Source: Bdellovibrionales bacterium (lineage in GTDB: Bacteria > Bdellovibrionota > Bdellovibrionia > Bdellovibrionales > UBA840). Taken from it: a stretch of 31,617 nt of DNA. Position numbers and translations under genes: made by a program. The notes under the pieces are model-generated. The model was not told the origin of the DNA. It saw only the letters and a program-made list of their open reading frames with translations, and did not search any database. Positions 1 to 8,086 of this stretch are shown here, in pieces. How positions within the stretch are numbered: position 1 is the stretch's first letter; every line of letters begins with the position of its first letter. The stretch lies in NCBI GenBank assembly GCA_037969075.1, contig JBBKWS010000110.1, positions 1-31,617 on the forward strand, in the 5' to 3' direction.

Positions 1-1712
1 TGCGACAATGATTTTAAGCGTTCATTGTTTCCTGTGCCAATCGCAATAATTTGTCCACCACGGGCTCTTACTTCTTCAAGGTTACTTACCGTTTTTTCGT
101 AAACATCATCGGTTGGTGCAACAACAACAACTGCCATTCTGTTGTCAATCAATGCAATTGGCCCGTGCTTCATCTCGCCTGCGGCATAACCTTCGGCGTG
201 CATGTAGGCCAACTCTTTTAATTTAAGAGCACCTTCCATTGCCATTGGGTAATTTACTCCGCGGCCCATATATAAAAAGCCTTTGTAATCTTTTAGTGTA
301 GCGGCAGCTTCATCAAAAAATGAATCATAGGCTAAGACCTTTTCAATCTCTGATGGTAATGCCTGCAAACTTCTTAAGTAAGATTTCTCTTGGTCTCTTG
401 TTAGAGTTTCTTTTACTCGTCCTAAATAAATTCCTATTAAGTTTAGTAGAGTTAAGGTTGCTGTCAGCGCCTTGGTAGAAGCAACCCCAATTTCAACATC
501 GGCTTTCATGTACATTTTAAAAAATGCTTCGCGGTCGATAGATGAACTTTTGACGTTACAAATACTTAAAGTTTTAGCGCCTTTTTCTTTAGCCATTCTT
601 AAGCTAGCAAGAGTGTCCGCCGTTTCTCCGCTTTGTGAAATTACAATTACTAAAGAATTTTTAGGAATCACTGGTTTTCTATATCTAAATTCTGATGCAA
701 ATTCTACTTCAACAGGAATTTCAGCCATAGCTTCTAAAATATACTCACCAGTAAGGCCTGCGTAAAAACTGGTTCCGCAAGCAACGATAAATACGCGCTC
801 AAAATGTTTTAGTTGTGTGTAAAGCTCTTCTTGCTGAAGTACCGCGCCATTTGAATCGCTAGACACAACTTGCAAAGCAATTTTTAAATTAGCCACATCT
901 ATGTGTGGTGACATGGCTGCAGCCACTACACGGGGTTGTTCATAAATTTCTTTTTTCATAAAATGCGGATAGCCCTGTTTTTCAATGGTATCCAAACTCA
1001 TATCTAGCTCTGTGATTTTTTTTGTAACTTCCGTTCCGTTGGTGTCGTAGATTTGGTATTTGTCTTTTTTAGTAACTACAATCTCGTGGTCATCGATAAA
1101 AACTACTTTGTTGGTATAAGCAATGATAGCTTGCGCATCGCTTGCTATAAAACACTCATCTTTACTAATCCCTAAAATCAAAGGCGGGCCATTTTTAGCG
1201 GCGACTAAAGTTTCGGGTTCATTTTCACTTAGGGCAACAATAGAGTAAGCTCCCTCTAGTTTAGGGATCACAGTAGAAAAAGCCTCTTTAAGGCTAGCGC
1301 CCTTTTCAACTTCTCTTGATATTAGGTGCGCCACTAGCTCTGAGTCAGTGTCACTTGTGATTTTGGCAGATTCTTTAATTAGGTATTCTTTAATTTCTTG
1401 GTAGTTTTCAATAATACCATTGTGGACTAAGCTGATCTTTCCTACGACGTGAGGGTGAGCATTGCTTTCATTAGGAATACCATGGGTAGCCCATCTAGTG
1501 TGACCAATCCCAATATTTCCAGAAAAGGTTTCGCTATCTAGTTTTTCTTTTATATTAATTAGTTTTCCGGCAGCTCTAATGCGCTTTAACTTACCATCAT
1601 TTAAAATAGTAATCCCCGAGGAATCATAGCCACGGTACTCTAATTTTTTTAGACCATCATAAATAACTTGTTTTGGATCTCTAGAACCATAGTAACCAAT
1701 TATGCCGCACAT
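1..1712 (-). CDS. glmS: Glutamine--fructose-6-phosphate aminotransferase (isomerizing); 3' end outside window
   Basis: Not in the ORF track; translated by hand. ATG at 1712 gives MCGIIGY (N-terminal catalytic Cys), then LEYRGYDSSG, GHTRWATHG, VHNGIIENY, SQSGETADT and EGALKLKELAYMHAEGYAAGEMKHGPIAL. It starts 3 nt after the glmU stop. Confidence 0.97.
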   Translation of the reverse strand, partial: MCGIIGYYGSRDPKQVIYDGLKKLEYRGYDSSGITILNDGKLKRIRAAGKLINIKEKLDSETFSGNIGIGHTRWATHGIPNESNAHPHVVGKISLVHNGIIENYQEIKEYLIKESAKITSDTDSELVAHLISREVEKGASLKEAFSTVIPKLEGAYSIVALSENEPETLVAAKNGPPLILGISKDECFIASDAQAIIAYTNKVVFIDDHEIVVTKKDKYQIYDTNGTEVTKKITELDMSLDTIEKQGYPHFMKKEIYEQPRVVAAAMSPHIDVANLKIALQVVSSDSNGAVLQQEELYTQLKHFERVFIVACGTSFYAGLTGEYILEAMAEIPVEVEFASEFRYRKPVIPKNSLVIVISQSGETADTLASLRMAKEKGAKTLSICNVKSSSIDREAFFKMYMKADVEIGVASTKALTATLTLLNLIGIYLGRVKETLTRDQEKSYLRSLQALPSEIEKVLAYDSFFDEAAATLKDYKGFLYMGRGVNYPMAMEGALKLKELAYMHAEGYAAGEMKHGPIALIDNRMAVVVVAPTDDVYEKTVSNLEEVRARGGQIIAIGTGNNERLKSLS

Positions 1713-1715
1713 GAT

Positions 1716-3092
1716 CTATTCCTTGTCGTCTTTTTTGACGTAATTTTCTTTGATAAATTGTTTACCTCTAGCTACAGCTAGGGCGTAAGCGGGAACATCT
1801 TTAGTAATTGTAGAGCCAGAGCCAATGATGGCCGACTCGCCAACCGTGATTGGAGCGACAAACTGTGTATCACTTCCGATAAATGCATTATCGCCAATTG
1901 TTGTCTTATATTTATTTTTATCCGCAGAGTAGTTACAAGTAATTGTTCCGCATCCAATGTTTACATTTTCGCCGATTTCAGCATCACCGAGGTATGCTAA
2001 GTGATTTGCTTTTGAACCTTTACCAAATTTAACTTTTTTCATCTCAACAAAGTTACCAACTTTTGCATCTTCGCCAATGTCAGTGTCTGGTCTAAGCCTT
2101 GCGTATGGACCAACAACAGCTTTTGATCTGACGATACAATCTTCTAAGTAAGAGCCTGCACGCACCTGCGCGTTGTCATATACATCAGAATTAATGATAA
2201 AGGCATTCGGTTCAACCACAACACATGTTCCAAGTTTTGTTAGGCCCTTTAAAAATGCGCCAGGATACAATACCGAACCAGCGCCCACTTGCACTGTAGG
2301 CTCAATGTATGTTGTAGCCGGGTCAATAATAATTACCCCTTCATCCATTAGGGTTTTTGCTTTAGCTTGAAAAATAGATTTGGTGGCCTGTGCAAGTTCG
2401 ACCTGAGAGTTAACACCAAAGGCAACTCTTGGGTTACCTTCAACAGCGACCATCTTGATAGTGGCCTCATGACATAGTTCAATTATATCTGTTAAGTAAA
2501 ATTCATTCTTTTCGGGATTCACTTCAATTTGTTGAACAAGCTCTTTTAAAATATCGGCTTTGATTAAATAAATCCCGGTGTTAACTTCATCGATTTTTAA
2601 AGCTTCTAGCCCTGCGTGCTTCGCTTCGACAATGGCTCTAAGCTCATTGTTGTGACGAATCACTCTTCCGTAACTGCCAGGGTCTTTTACTTTTGCTGTT
2701 AGTAAACCAAGTCCAGCTTTTGATTCTTCGAATTCTTTGATAAAGCGTTTAAGGTCAGTGGTCTGAATTAATGGATGATCGCCATTGAGAATTAATATTG
2801 TGCCTTCAAGAGATTCGGGATTTGCACACATAACCGCATGTCCCGTACCTAGTTGCTGCTCTTGTACAAAACACTGTGCTCCTAAGGGCTGCACTACACT
2901 TTGTACGATGGTTTTACCATGCCCAACAACTACTCGTATTTCTTTGGGGTTTAGTTCTTTCACATTTGATAGGATGTAAGAAATAATAGGCAACCCCGCC
3001 ACAGGGTGTAAAACCTTGGGTAAAGGTGATTTCATTCTAGTGCCTTTGCCAGCAGCTAAAATTATTACTGATAAGCTATCTTTCATGTGCAT
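1716..3092 (-). CDS. glmU: Bifunctional UDP-GlcNAc pyrophosphorylase / glucosamine-1-phosphate N-acetyltransferase
   Basis: ILAAGKGTRMKS..PKVLH, QQLGTGHAV, EFYLTD, hexapeptide repeats, VGNFVEMKK, GCGTITCNY. The start may be the second Met (3086). Confidence 0.98.
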   Translation of the reverse strand: MHMKDSLSVIILAAGKGTRMKSPLPKVLHPVAGLPIISYILSNVKELNPKEIRVVVGHGKTIVQSVVQPLGAQCFVQEQQLGTGHAVMCANPESLEGTILILNGDHPLIQTTDLKRFIKEFEESKAGLGLLTAKVKDPGSYGRVIRHNNELRAIVEAKHAGLEALKIDEVNTGIYLIKADILKELVQQIEVNPEKNEFYLTDIIELCHEATIKMVAVEGNPRVAFGVNSQVELAQATKSIFQAKAKTLMDEGVIIIDPATTYIEPTVQVGAGSVLYPGAFLKGLTKLGTCVVVEPNAFIINSDVYDNAQVRAGSYLEDCIVRSKAVVGPYARLRPDTDIGEDAKVGNFVEMKKVKFGKGSKANHLAYLGDAEIGENVNIGCGTITCNYSADKNKYKTTIGDNAFIGSDTQFVAPITVGESAIIGSGSTITKDVPAYALAVARGKQFIKENYVKKDDKE

Positions 3093-3125
3093 CCTTCATT
3101 TTGACGGCCAGACCCATTAAGTTTG

Positions 3126-3154
3126 GTGACGTAAATACATTTTGCTTTTAGCAT
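3126..3154 (+). promoter_or_regulatory. Candidate sigma70-type promoter GTGACG-N17-TAGCAT; probable leaderless transcript
   Basis: -35-like box at 3126-3131 and -10-like box at 3149-3154. The ATG is 8 nt downstream with no Shine-Dalgarno (SD). Confidence 0.45.
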
Positions 3155-3162
3155 GAAAACAT

Positions 3163-3849
3163 ATGTCTATCACTACAATTCCTAATTGGGCTAAATCTGC
3201 TAAAAACCAAGATATATCACTATTATTTAGTGATAGTTTCAAGCCAAAAAGTAATCAAAATCCACTACTTTTTATAGGGGGAGTACACGGGGATGAGCCA
3301 GAAGGGGTTCGTTTGGCAGAGGACCTGGTGAAGTTTTTAAAATTGCCTGGCGATCAGCCATATACTCCTTGGATGCTGATTCCTTGCCTGAATCCAGACG
3401 GCTATAAATTACATCAAAGAACTAATGGTAATGGAGTGGATTTAAACCGCAATTATCCCTCAAAAAATTGGTCGAAAGAATTTTCGAAAGATCGTTATTT
3501 TCCAGGTAATCAGTCCGGTAGTGAGCCTGAAATTAAGGCTCTTACCCAATTAATTTTACAAGAAAAGCCTAGACTCATTGTGCATTTTCATTCTTGGGAG
3601 CCTTGTATAGTCTATGCAGGAGAGCCGGGCCTAATTGATGCAAAGCGCCTTTCTGATTGCTCAGGTTACGATCTTAAAGATGATATTGGCTATCCAACAC
3701 CTGGTAGTTTGAGTGCCTATGGTTGGAAAGATTTAGGGATACCAGTTATTTGCATAGAAGAACAAGAGGGAATGGATTTATCAAAAGTATGGGCGCATTT
3801 TTCTGAGGGTCTTAAGCAGATTCTCATGGATAACTCCGTAAGGAAGTGA
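3163..3849 (+). CDS. M14 zinc carboxypeptidase, murein tripeptide amidase MpaA-like
   Basis: GVHGDEPEG (HxxE), LNPDG, RTNGNGVDLNRNY, SEPE, HS, GYPTPGSL; no signal peptide. Confidence 0.85.
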   Translation: MSITTIPNWAKSAKNQDISLLFSDSFKPKSNQNPLLFIGGVHGDEPEGVRLAEDLVKFLKLPGDQPYTPWMLIPCLNPDGYKLHQRTNGNGVDLNRNYPSKNWSKEFSKDRYFPGNQSGSEPEIKALTQLILQEKPRLIVHFHSWEPCIVYAGEPGLIDAKRLSDCSGYDLKDDIGYPTPGSLSAYGWKDLGIPVICIEEQEGMDLSKVWAHFSEGLKQILMDNSVRK

Positions 3850-4538
3850 TGAAAATTAAAGCTATTTTTTTTGATTTGGACGACACCCTATTTGATACTT
3901 ATGGTCAGTTGGTAGAGACTGCTATTCGAGAGAGCTGTGAAGTAATGGTACAAGCAGGTTTAAATGCAGAGGTTGAGTCGTGCATTAAAAAGCGCCGTGC
4001 TTTTTACATAGAAATGCCAAGAAAAAATTTGTATCAAGAGCTTGTCTCTCATTTTGGTGTGACTAGTGATAGTGCCCCAGAGAAAGTAGCTGTTGCCGGG
4101 GAAAATGCATTTTATGAGAGAGAAATCGAGTCCACAATTTCATTGTTTAGCGGTGCTAAAAATCTTCTGCAGTCCTTAGAAACTAAGTATCAGTTGTACC
4201 TTGTCACCGCGGGTGACGTAAATACACAAAAACAAAAGGTTAAGCATCTAGGGATAGCACCATTTTTTAGACACATTTATTATGTTGATGTTAGAAAAGG
4301 TGAAACAAAAAAACAGGCCTTCAGGCAGGCTGCCTCTGAGAATTTCTATAAATTTGAGGACTGCCTAAGTGTTGGAAACAGAATTGACCATGAGATTGCA
4401 GAGGCTAAAGAGCTTGGAATGCATACATGTTACATCAAACACGGTCAGTACGTGTATTTAAGTCCAAGGCGACCAGAGGAAATTCCTGATTTTACCATTG
4501 ATAAAATCCGTGATCTAATTACAACATGCCAGCTATAA
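3849..4538 (+). CDS. HAD-superfamily hydrolase (YjjG/subfamily IA-like)
   Basis: Motif I FDLDDTL, motif II VTAG, variant motif IV VGNRIDHEI. ATG at 3849 overlaps the upstream stop (TGATG); GTG at 3846 is an alternative start. Confidence 0.85.
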   Translation: MKIKAIFFDLDDTLFDTYGQLVETAIRESCEVMVQAGLNAEVESCIKKRRAFYIEMPRKNLYQELVSHFGVTSDSAPEKVAVAGENAFYEREIESTISLFSGAKNLLQSLETKYQLYLVTAGDVNTQKQKVKHLGIAPFFRHIYYVDVRKGETKKQAFRQAASENFYKFEDCLSVGNRIDHEIAEAKELGMHTCYIKHGQYVYLSPRRPEEIPDFTIDKIRDLITTCQL

Positions 4539-6373
4539 GTGGAGATGTATTTGTATTAGGTAAAAGCCTGCCGATCGAACAGGAGTACGGGGTTTTATCT
4601 AATTTGCGAGAGCTAGAAGAGGCTTGGTTGCAAAAATCCTCCATGCTTTTGGTAATTGATTGGGATTTTATTTATCCATATATAGATGAGCTTCTTCTTT
4701 TGTTGGGTGAAAAAAACTCATATCCATTTCCTATTTTTTTTGTAGAGAATGTAAGTGTCTCTACAATTCTTTCTAGGTTAGATTTGATTTCATTTTCTGC
4801 CATTATCACTAAAAATGAAGAGCAAAAATTACAGAGGCATGTATTAATGGCATTAGAAAAAGTAAGGCTTAGACGGCAAGAGCAAGAGCTACTTTTGTTA
4901 ATGGAATCACAAAATAAAGATCTCGAAAGTCTGTCGAAAGATTTAGATGATAGACAAGATAAGCATAAAAAAGAAGTTGCAGCTGCAAAGCATAAGGTAG
5001 AGCAGGCGACTTTAAAGTTAGAGGCTATTCAGCGTGTGATTGTTGCTCTTTATACGGCAGATTCAATTGGTGAAATGGAGAGTCTGTTGCTAGAGGCCCT
5101 ACAATTTGCAGTTGATTTAAAACAAGTAAAAATTGTTTTATCAAATACTCCTTGGAGTGAATCGTTTTCTGAAGATGCTCATGTAATAAAGTTTTCTATT
5201 AAAATGGAGGAGCAGAAGTTAGGGAGTTGCTACTTTATTTCGGGCTCAAATTGGTATAAAGCTGATCAAAATTGGTTGTCGCAAATCACCGAAATGATAG
5301 CTGTAGCTGTAGATCGTTGGTTGTCTTTAGAGCGCGGCTTAAATATGAAAGAGAATTGGGAAGCGAGCTTTAGGTCCATCCAAAGCAAGGTGGCAGTGAT
5401 CGATGAGAGCTATAATCTATTAGCGCATAATCAAAACACAGCAGAGTCTAGAGAGAAGTGCCATAAAGTTTTATTTAACTTAGATCAACCTTGCTTTGGT
5501 TGCAAATTAGGAAAAGCCTTTCAAGTCACGCATCTCGATCGCAAAGATAACGATTTGCATGTTTTTGAAGTTAAAAGCTTAAAAGATTTTGATGAGGTAG
5601 AAGAAGAAGTTTACATCAATGTATATGAAGATGTAACGACTCACGTAAGGCAAGGTAGAGAGCGAGTAGAAGCTGCAAAGCTTGCTGAGCTTGGAATTAT
5701 AGGAAGTAGCATAGCCCATGAGTTAAATAACCCGCTCTCGGGTGTGATGTCTTACATCCAGATACTACTTAGTGAGGTAGAGGTTGGAACTGAGTTACAT
5801 GACATTCTCTCTCGCATGGAGGAGGGATCAAAGCGCTGTAAGCAGATTATACAAAACCTACTAAGCTTTACCAGGTTCTCAAAGACAGAAGAAGAAACAG
5901 ATTTTTATCTGCACGATATAGTTGAGAAGGCGCTTTTGTTTTTAGAAACTAAATCTAGAGCATTGGGTTTACAAGTCGATGTTGAGACTAAATCTAATAT
6001 TATAATTACGGGCAGTGAGAATTTATTTTTGCAGGCCCTATTAGAAATACTTAAGAACTCCATAGAAGAGTTTGCAGATTTACTGTCACTTACGCCAAAC
6101 TATCGATCTAAAGTTTTGATCAGGCAAAGTCAAAATGCTAACTCTGTCATTATTGATATAATAGATAATGGTCGAGGAATTCCTGTGGATAAATTAGAAA
6201 AAGTTTTCACTCCATTATTCACTTTAAAAAATCCTAGTCACAACAGAGGTTTAGGCCTGACCACTGCGTATCAGATCATTCAGGCTATGAATGGTCGAAT
6301 TGAAATATTCACAGTGCAACCGACTGGAGTCCAGGTAAGAATTGTACTGCCAGCAAAAACTATCACTAACTAG
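4526..6373 (+). CDS. Cytoplasmic sensor histidine kinase (coiled coil, GAF/PAS-like, HisKA, HATPase)
   Basis: H-box SIAHELNNPL, N-box ILKNSIE, G1 DNGRGI, F-box FTPLFT, G2 GLGL; no evident transmembrane helix. Confidence 0.92.
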   Translation: MPAISGDVFVLGKSLPIEQEYGVLSNLRELEEAWLQKSSMLLVIDWDFIYPYIDELLLLLGEKNSYPFPIFFVENVSVSTILSRLDLISFSAIITKNEEQKLQRHVLMALEKVRLRRQEQELLLLMESQNKDLESLSKDLDDRQDKHKKEVAAAKHKVEQATLKLEAIQRVIVALYTADSIGEMESLLLEALQFAVDLKQVKIVLSNTPWSESFSEDAHVIKFSIKMEEQKLGSCYFISGSNWYKADQNWLSQITEMIAVAVDRWLSLERGLNMKENWEASFRSIQSKVAVIDESYNLLAHNQNTAESREKCHKVLFNLDQPCFGCKLGKAFQVTHLDRKDNDLHVFEVKSLKDFDEVEEEVYINVYEDVTTHVRQGRERVEAAKLAELGIIGSSIAHELNNPLSGVMSYIQILLSEVEVGTELHDILSRMEEGSKRCKQIIQNLLSFTRFSKTEEETDFYLHDIVEKALLFLETKSRALGLQVDVETKSNIIITGSENLFLQALLEILKNSIEEFADLLSLTPNYRSKVLIRQSQNANSVIIDIIDNGRGIPVDKLEKVFTPLFTLKNPSHNRGLGLTTAYQIIQAMNGRIEIFTVQPTGVQVRIVLPAKTITN

Positions 6374-6395
6374 TCCAATTCTTTGACGGTCCCAA

Positions 6396-6425
6396 TTGAC
6401 ACTGCCAAAGTTTTTATCGTAGCCT
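6396..6425 (+). promoter_or_regulatory. Sigma70-type promoter TTGACA-N18-TAGCCT for the response regulator
   Basis: Perfect -35 at 6396-6401 and TAnnnT -10 at 6420-6425, located in the intergenic gap. Confidence 0.6.
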
Positions 6426-6496
6426 GTATATAGGGAAACAAATAGTTTCCTACCATATCTACGATGGATATGTGTGCTCCCAAGGAAAGGGTTTCT

Positions 6497-7891
6497 ATGC
6501 AGGCCAGAAAAGTTCTTGTCATTGATGATGAATCTAGCCTTAGAACCGCCCTCTTTAGAGTACTGGACAGAAAAAACTACCAAGTATCCACAGCAAGTTC
6601 ATGTAAAGAGGCGTTGGCACTAGCAAATGTACCTGTTGATCTAATTATTTTAGATTTGCATTTACCTGATGGTGACGGTCTATCGTTGATGGACCAATTA
6701 AAGGTAAAAATTCCTGGCGTACAGTTTATTGTGATCACCGGTTATGGAACGATCGAAAACGCAGTGCAAGCTACGAAGCGTGGGGCATTTCACTATGTGA
6801 CTAAGCCTTTTGACATTCAAGAGATTGAACTCTTAGTAGATAAAGCACTTAGACAGAAATATTTAGAACAAGAAAACCAAGTTTTAAAATCTCAACTACA
6901 GCAAAAATACCAATTCGATAACATTGTAGGGCAAAGTCCAGAGTTGATGGCCGCTATCGATATGGTAGATAGGGTTGCTGATAGTGATTCAACGATTTTA
7001 ATCACAGGTGAGAGTGGAACAGGAAAAGAGCTGTTCGCAAGAGCCATACATTATAATTCTGGTCGGGGGGCTAAGCCTATTGTTCCAGTAAACTGTGGCG
7101 CCATTCCAAGTGAGTTATTAGAGAGTGAACTTTTTGGTCATATGAAGGGTGCATTTACTGGTGCCATCAATAATAGAATGGGCCGTTTTGAATTGGCTGA
7201 TGGTGGAAGTATATTTTTAGATGAAATCGGCGATATGAGCCTTAATCTTCAGGTAAAGATACTTAGAGTTTTACAAGAAAAGACTTTTGAGCCTATTGGT
7301 GGGATGAAAAGCTTAACTTCTGATGTAAGAGTGATCGCTGCTACCAACGTAGATTTAGAGAAAGCCGTAGCGAATGGTAGATTTAGAGAGGATCTATTTT
7401 ATAGATTAAACGTAATTCCTCTACATATTCCTGCTCTTCGTGAAAGGTCTAGTGATATCCCAGTTTTGTTTCATCATTTTATTACCCACTTTAATAAAGA
7501 GAAGAACAGACATATAGAAGGTATACACCCAGATGCTATGGAAGCTTTGACGGGCTACAATTGGCCTGGAAATGTTAGAGAGCTTGAAAACTTAGTGGAA
7601 AGAATCTCTATATTAAAAGGTAAAGGGATTATACAGATCGAAGATCTTCCAGAGAAATACAGAAAAACCAAGATCTCTGTGTCTGTTGGTTCGATTACGC
7701 AAATCCCAGACAACGGTTTGGACTTTAATGCGGCAGTGGATGCATACGAAAACAAGTTGATCATGCAAGCCTTAGAAAAAACAGAATGGAATCGCAATCA
7801 GGCCGCAAAGCTTTTGCGACTTAATAGAACAACGCTTGTTGAAAAAATCAAAAAGAAAGGCCTAACAACTAAGCTAGTGGACGCAGAATAG
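6497..7891 (+). CDS. Sigma54-dependent response regulator (REC-AAA+-HTH), FleQ/FlrA-like
   Basis: REC with IDDE, ILDLHLP and TKPF; Walker [35 protein letters not shown] ending NRTTLVEK as in FleQ/FlrA. Start chosen at 6497 (AAGGAAAGG upstream); the ORF track starts at 6464. Confidence 0.9.
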   Translation: MQARKVLVIDDESSLRTALFRVLDRKNYQVSTASSCKEALALANVPVDLIILDLHLPDGDGLSLMDQLKVKIPGVQFIVITGYGTIENAVQATKRGAFHYVTKPFDIQEIELLVDKALRQKYLEQENQVLKSQLQQKYQFDNIVGQSPELMAAIDMVDRVADSDSTILITGESGTGKELFARAIHYNSGRGAKPIVPVNCGAIPSELLESELFGHMKGAFTGAINNRMGRFELADGGSIFLDEIGDMSLNLQVKILRVLQEKTFEPIGGMKSLTSDVRVIAATNVDLEKAVANGRFREDLFYRLNVIPLHIPALRERSSDIPVLFHHFITHFNKEKNRHIEGIHPDAMEALTGYNWPGNVRELENLVERISILKGKGIIQIEDLPEKYRKTKISVSVGSITQIPDNGLDFNAAVDAYENKLIMQALEKTEWNRNQAAKLLRLNRTTLVEKIKKKGLTTKLVDAE

Positions 7892-7915
7892 CGTTTACTA
7901 GCCTAACGTATAGGC
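7873..7915 (+). other. 12-bp stem-loop spanning the regulator stop codon, with an overlapping 5-bp hairpin
   Basis: GCTAGTGGACGC-AGAATA-GCGTTTACTAGC (7873-7902, two G-U pairs) and GCCTA-ACGTA-TAGGC (7901-7915); no U-tract. Confidence 0.5.
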
Positions 7916-8086
7916 AAAAACACAACAAACCATACTATTTTTCATTTTATCTATAGATTTCATTTGAAATATCCTCTTTCTTTCGTTTCAATATAAAAGA
8001 ACGTAATAGTTTATATAAGATTTAGAGACTTATTCTTTAGTCTTAATTTAATAACAACATTTGGCGATATATGCCAAGGAGGTCCT

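Noticed and set aside
1713..1715. glmS ribozyme upstream of glmS
   Set aside because: Only 3 nt separate glmU and glmS; there is no room.
472..2979. Plus-strand ORFs 472-765, 2173-2370 and 2785-2979
   Set aside because: Antisense shadows of glmS/glmU with no recognisable motifs.
6251..6583. 110-aa minus-strand ORF
   Set aside because: Overlaps two confident plus-strand genes and their promoter; no motifs.
8061..8077. TTGGC...GC as a sigma54 promoter for the porin
   Set aside because: GG-to-GC spacing is 8 nt, not the required 10.
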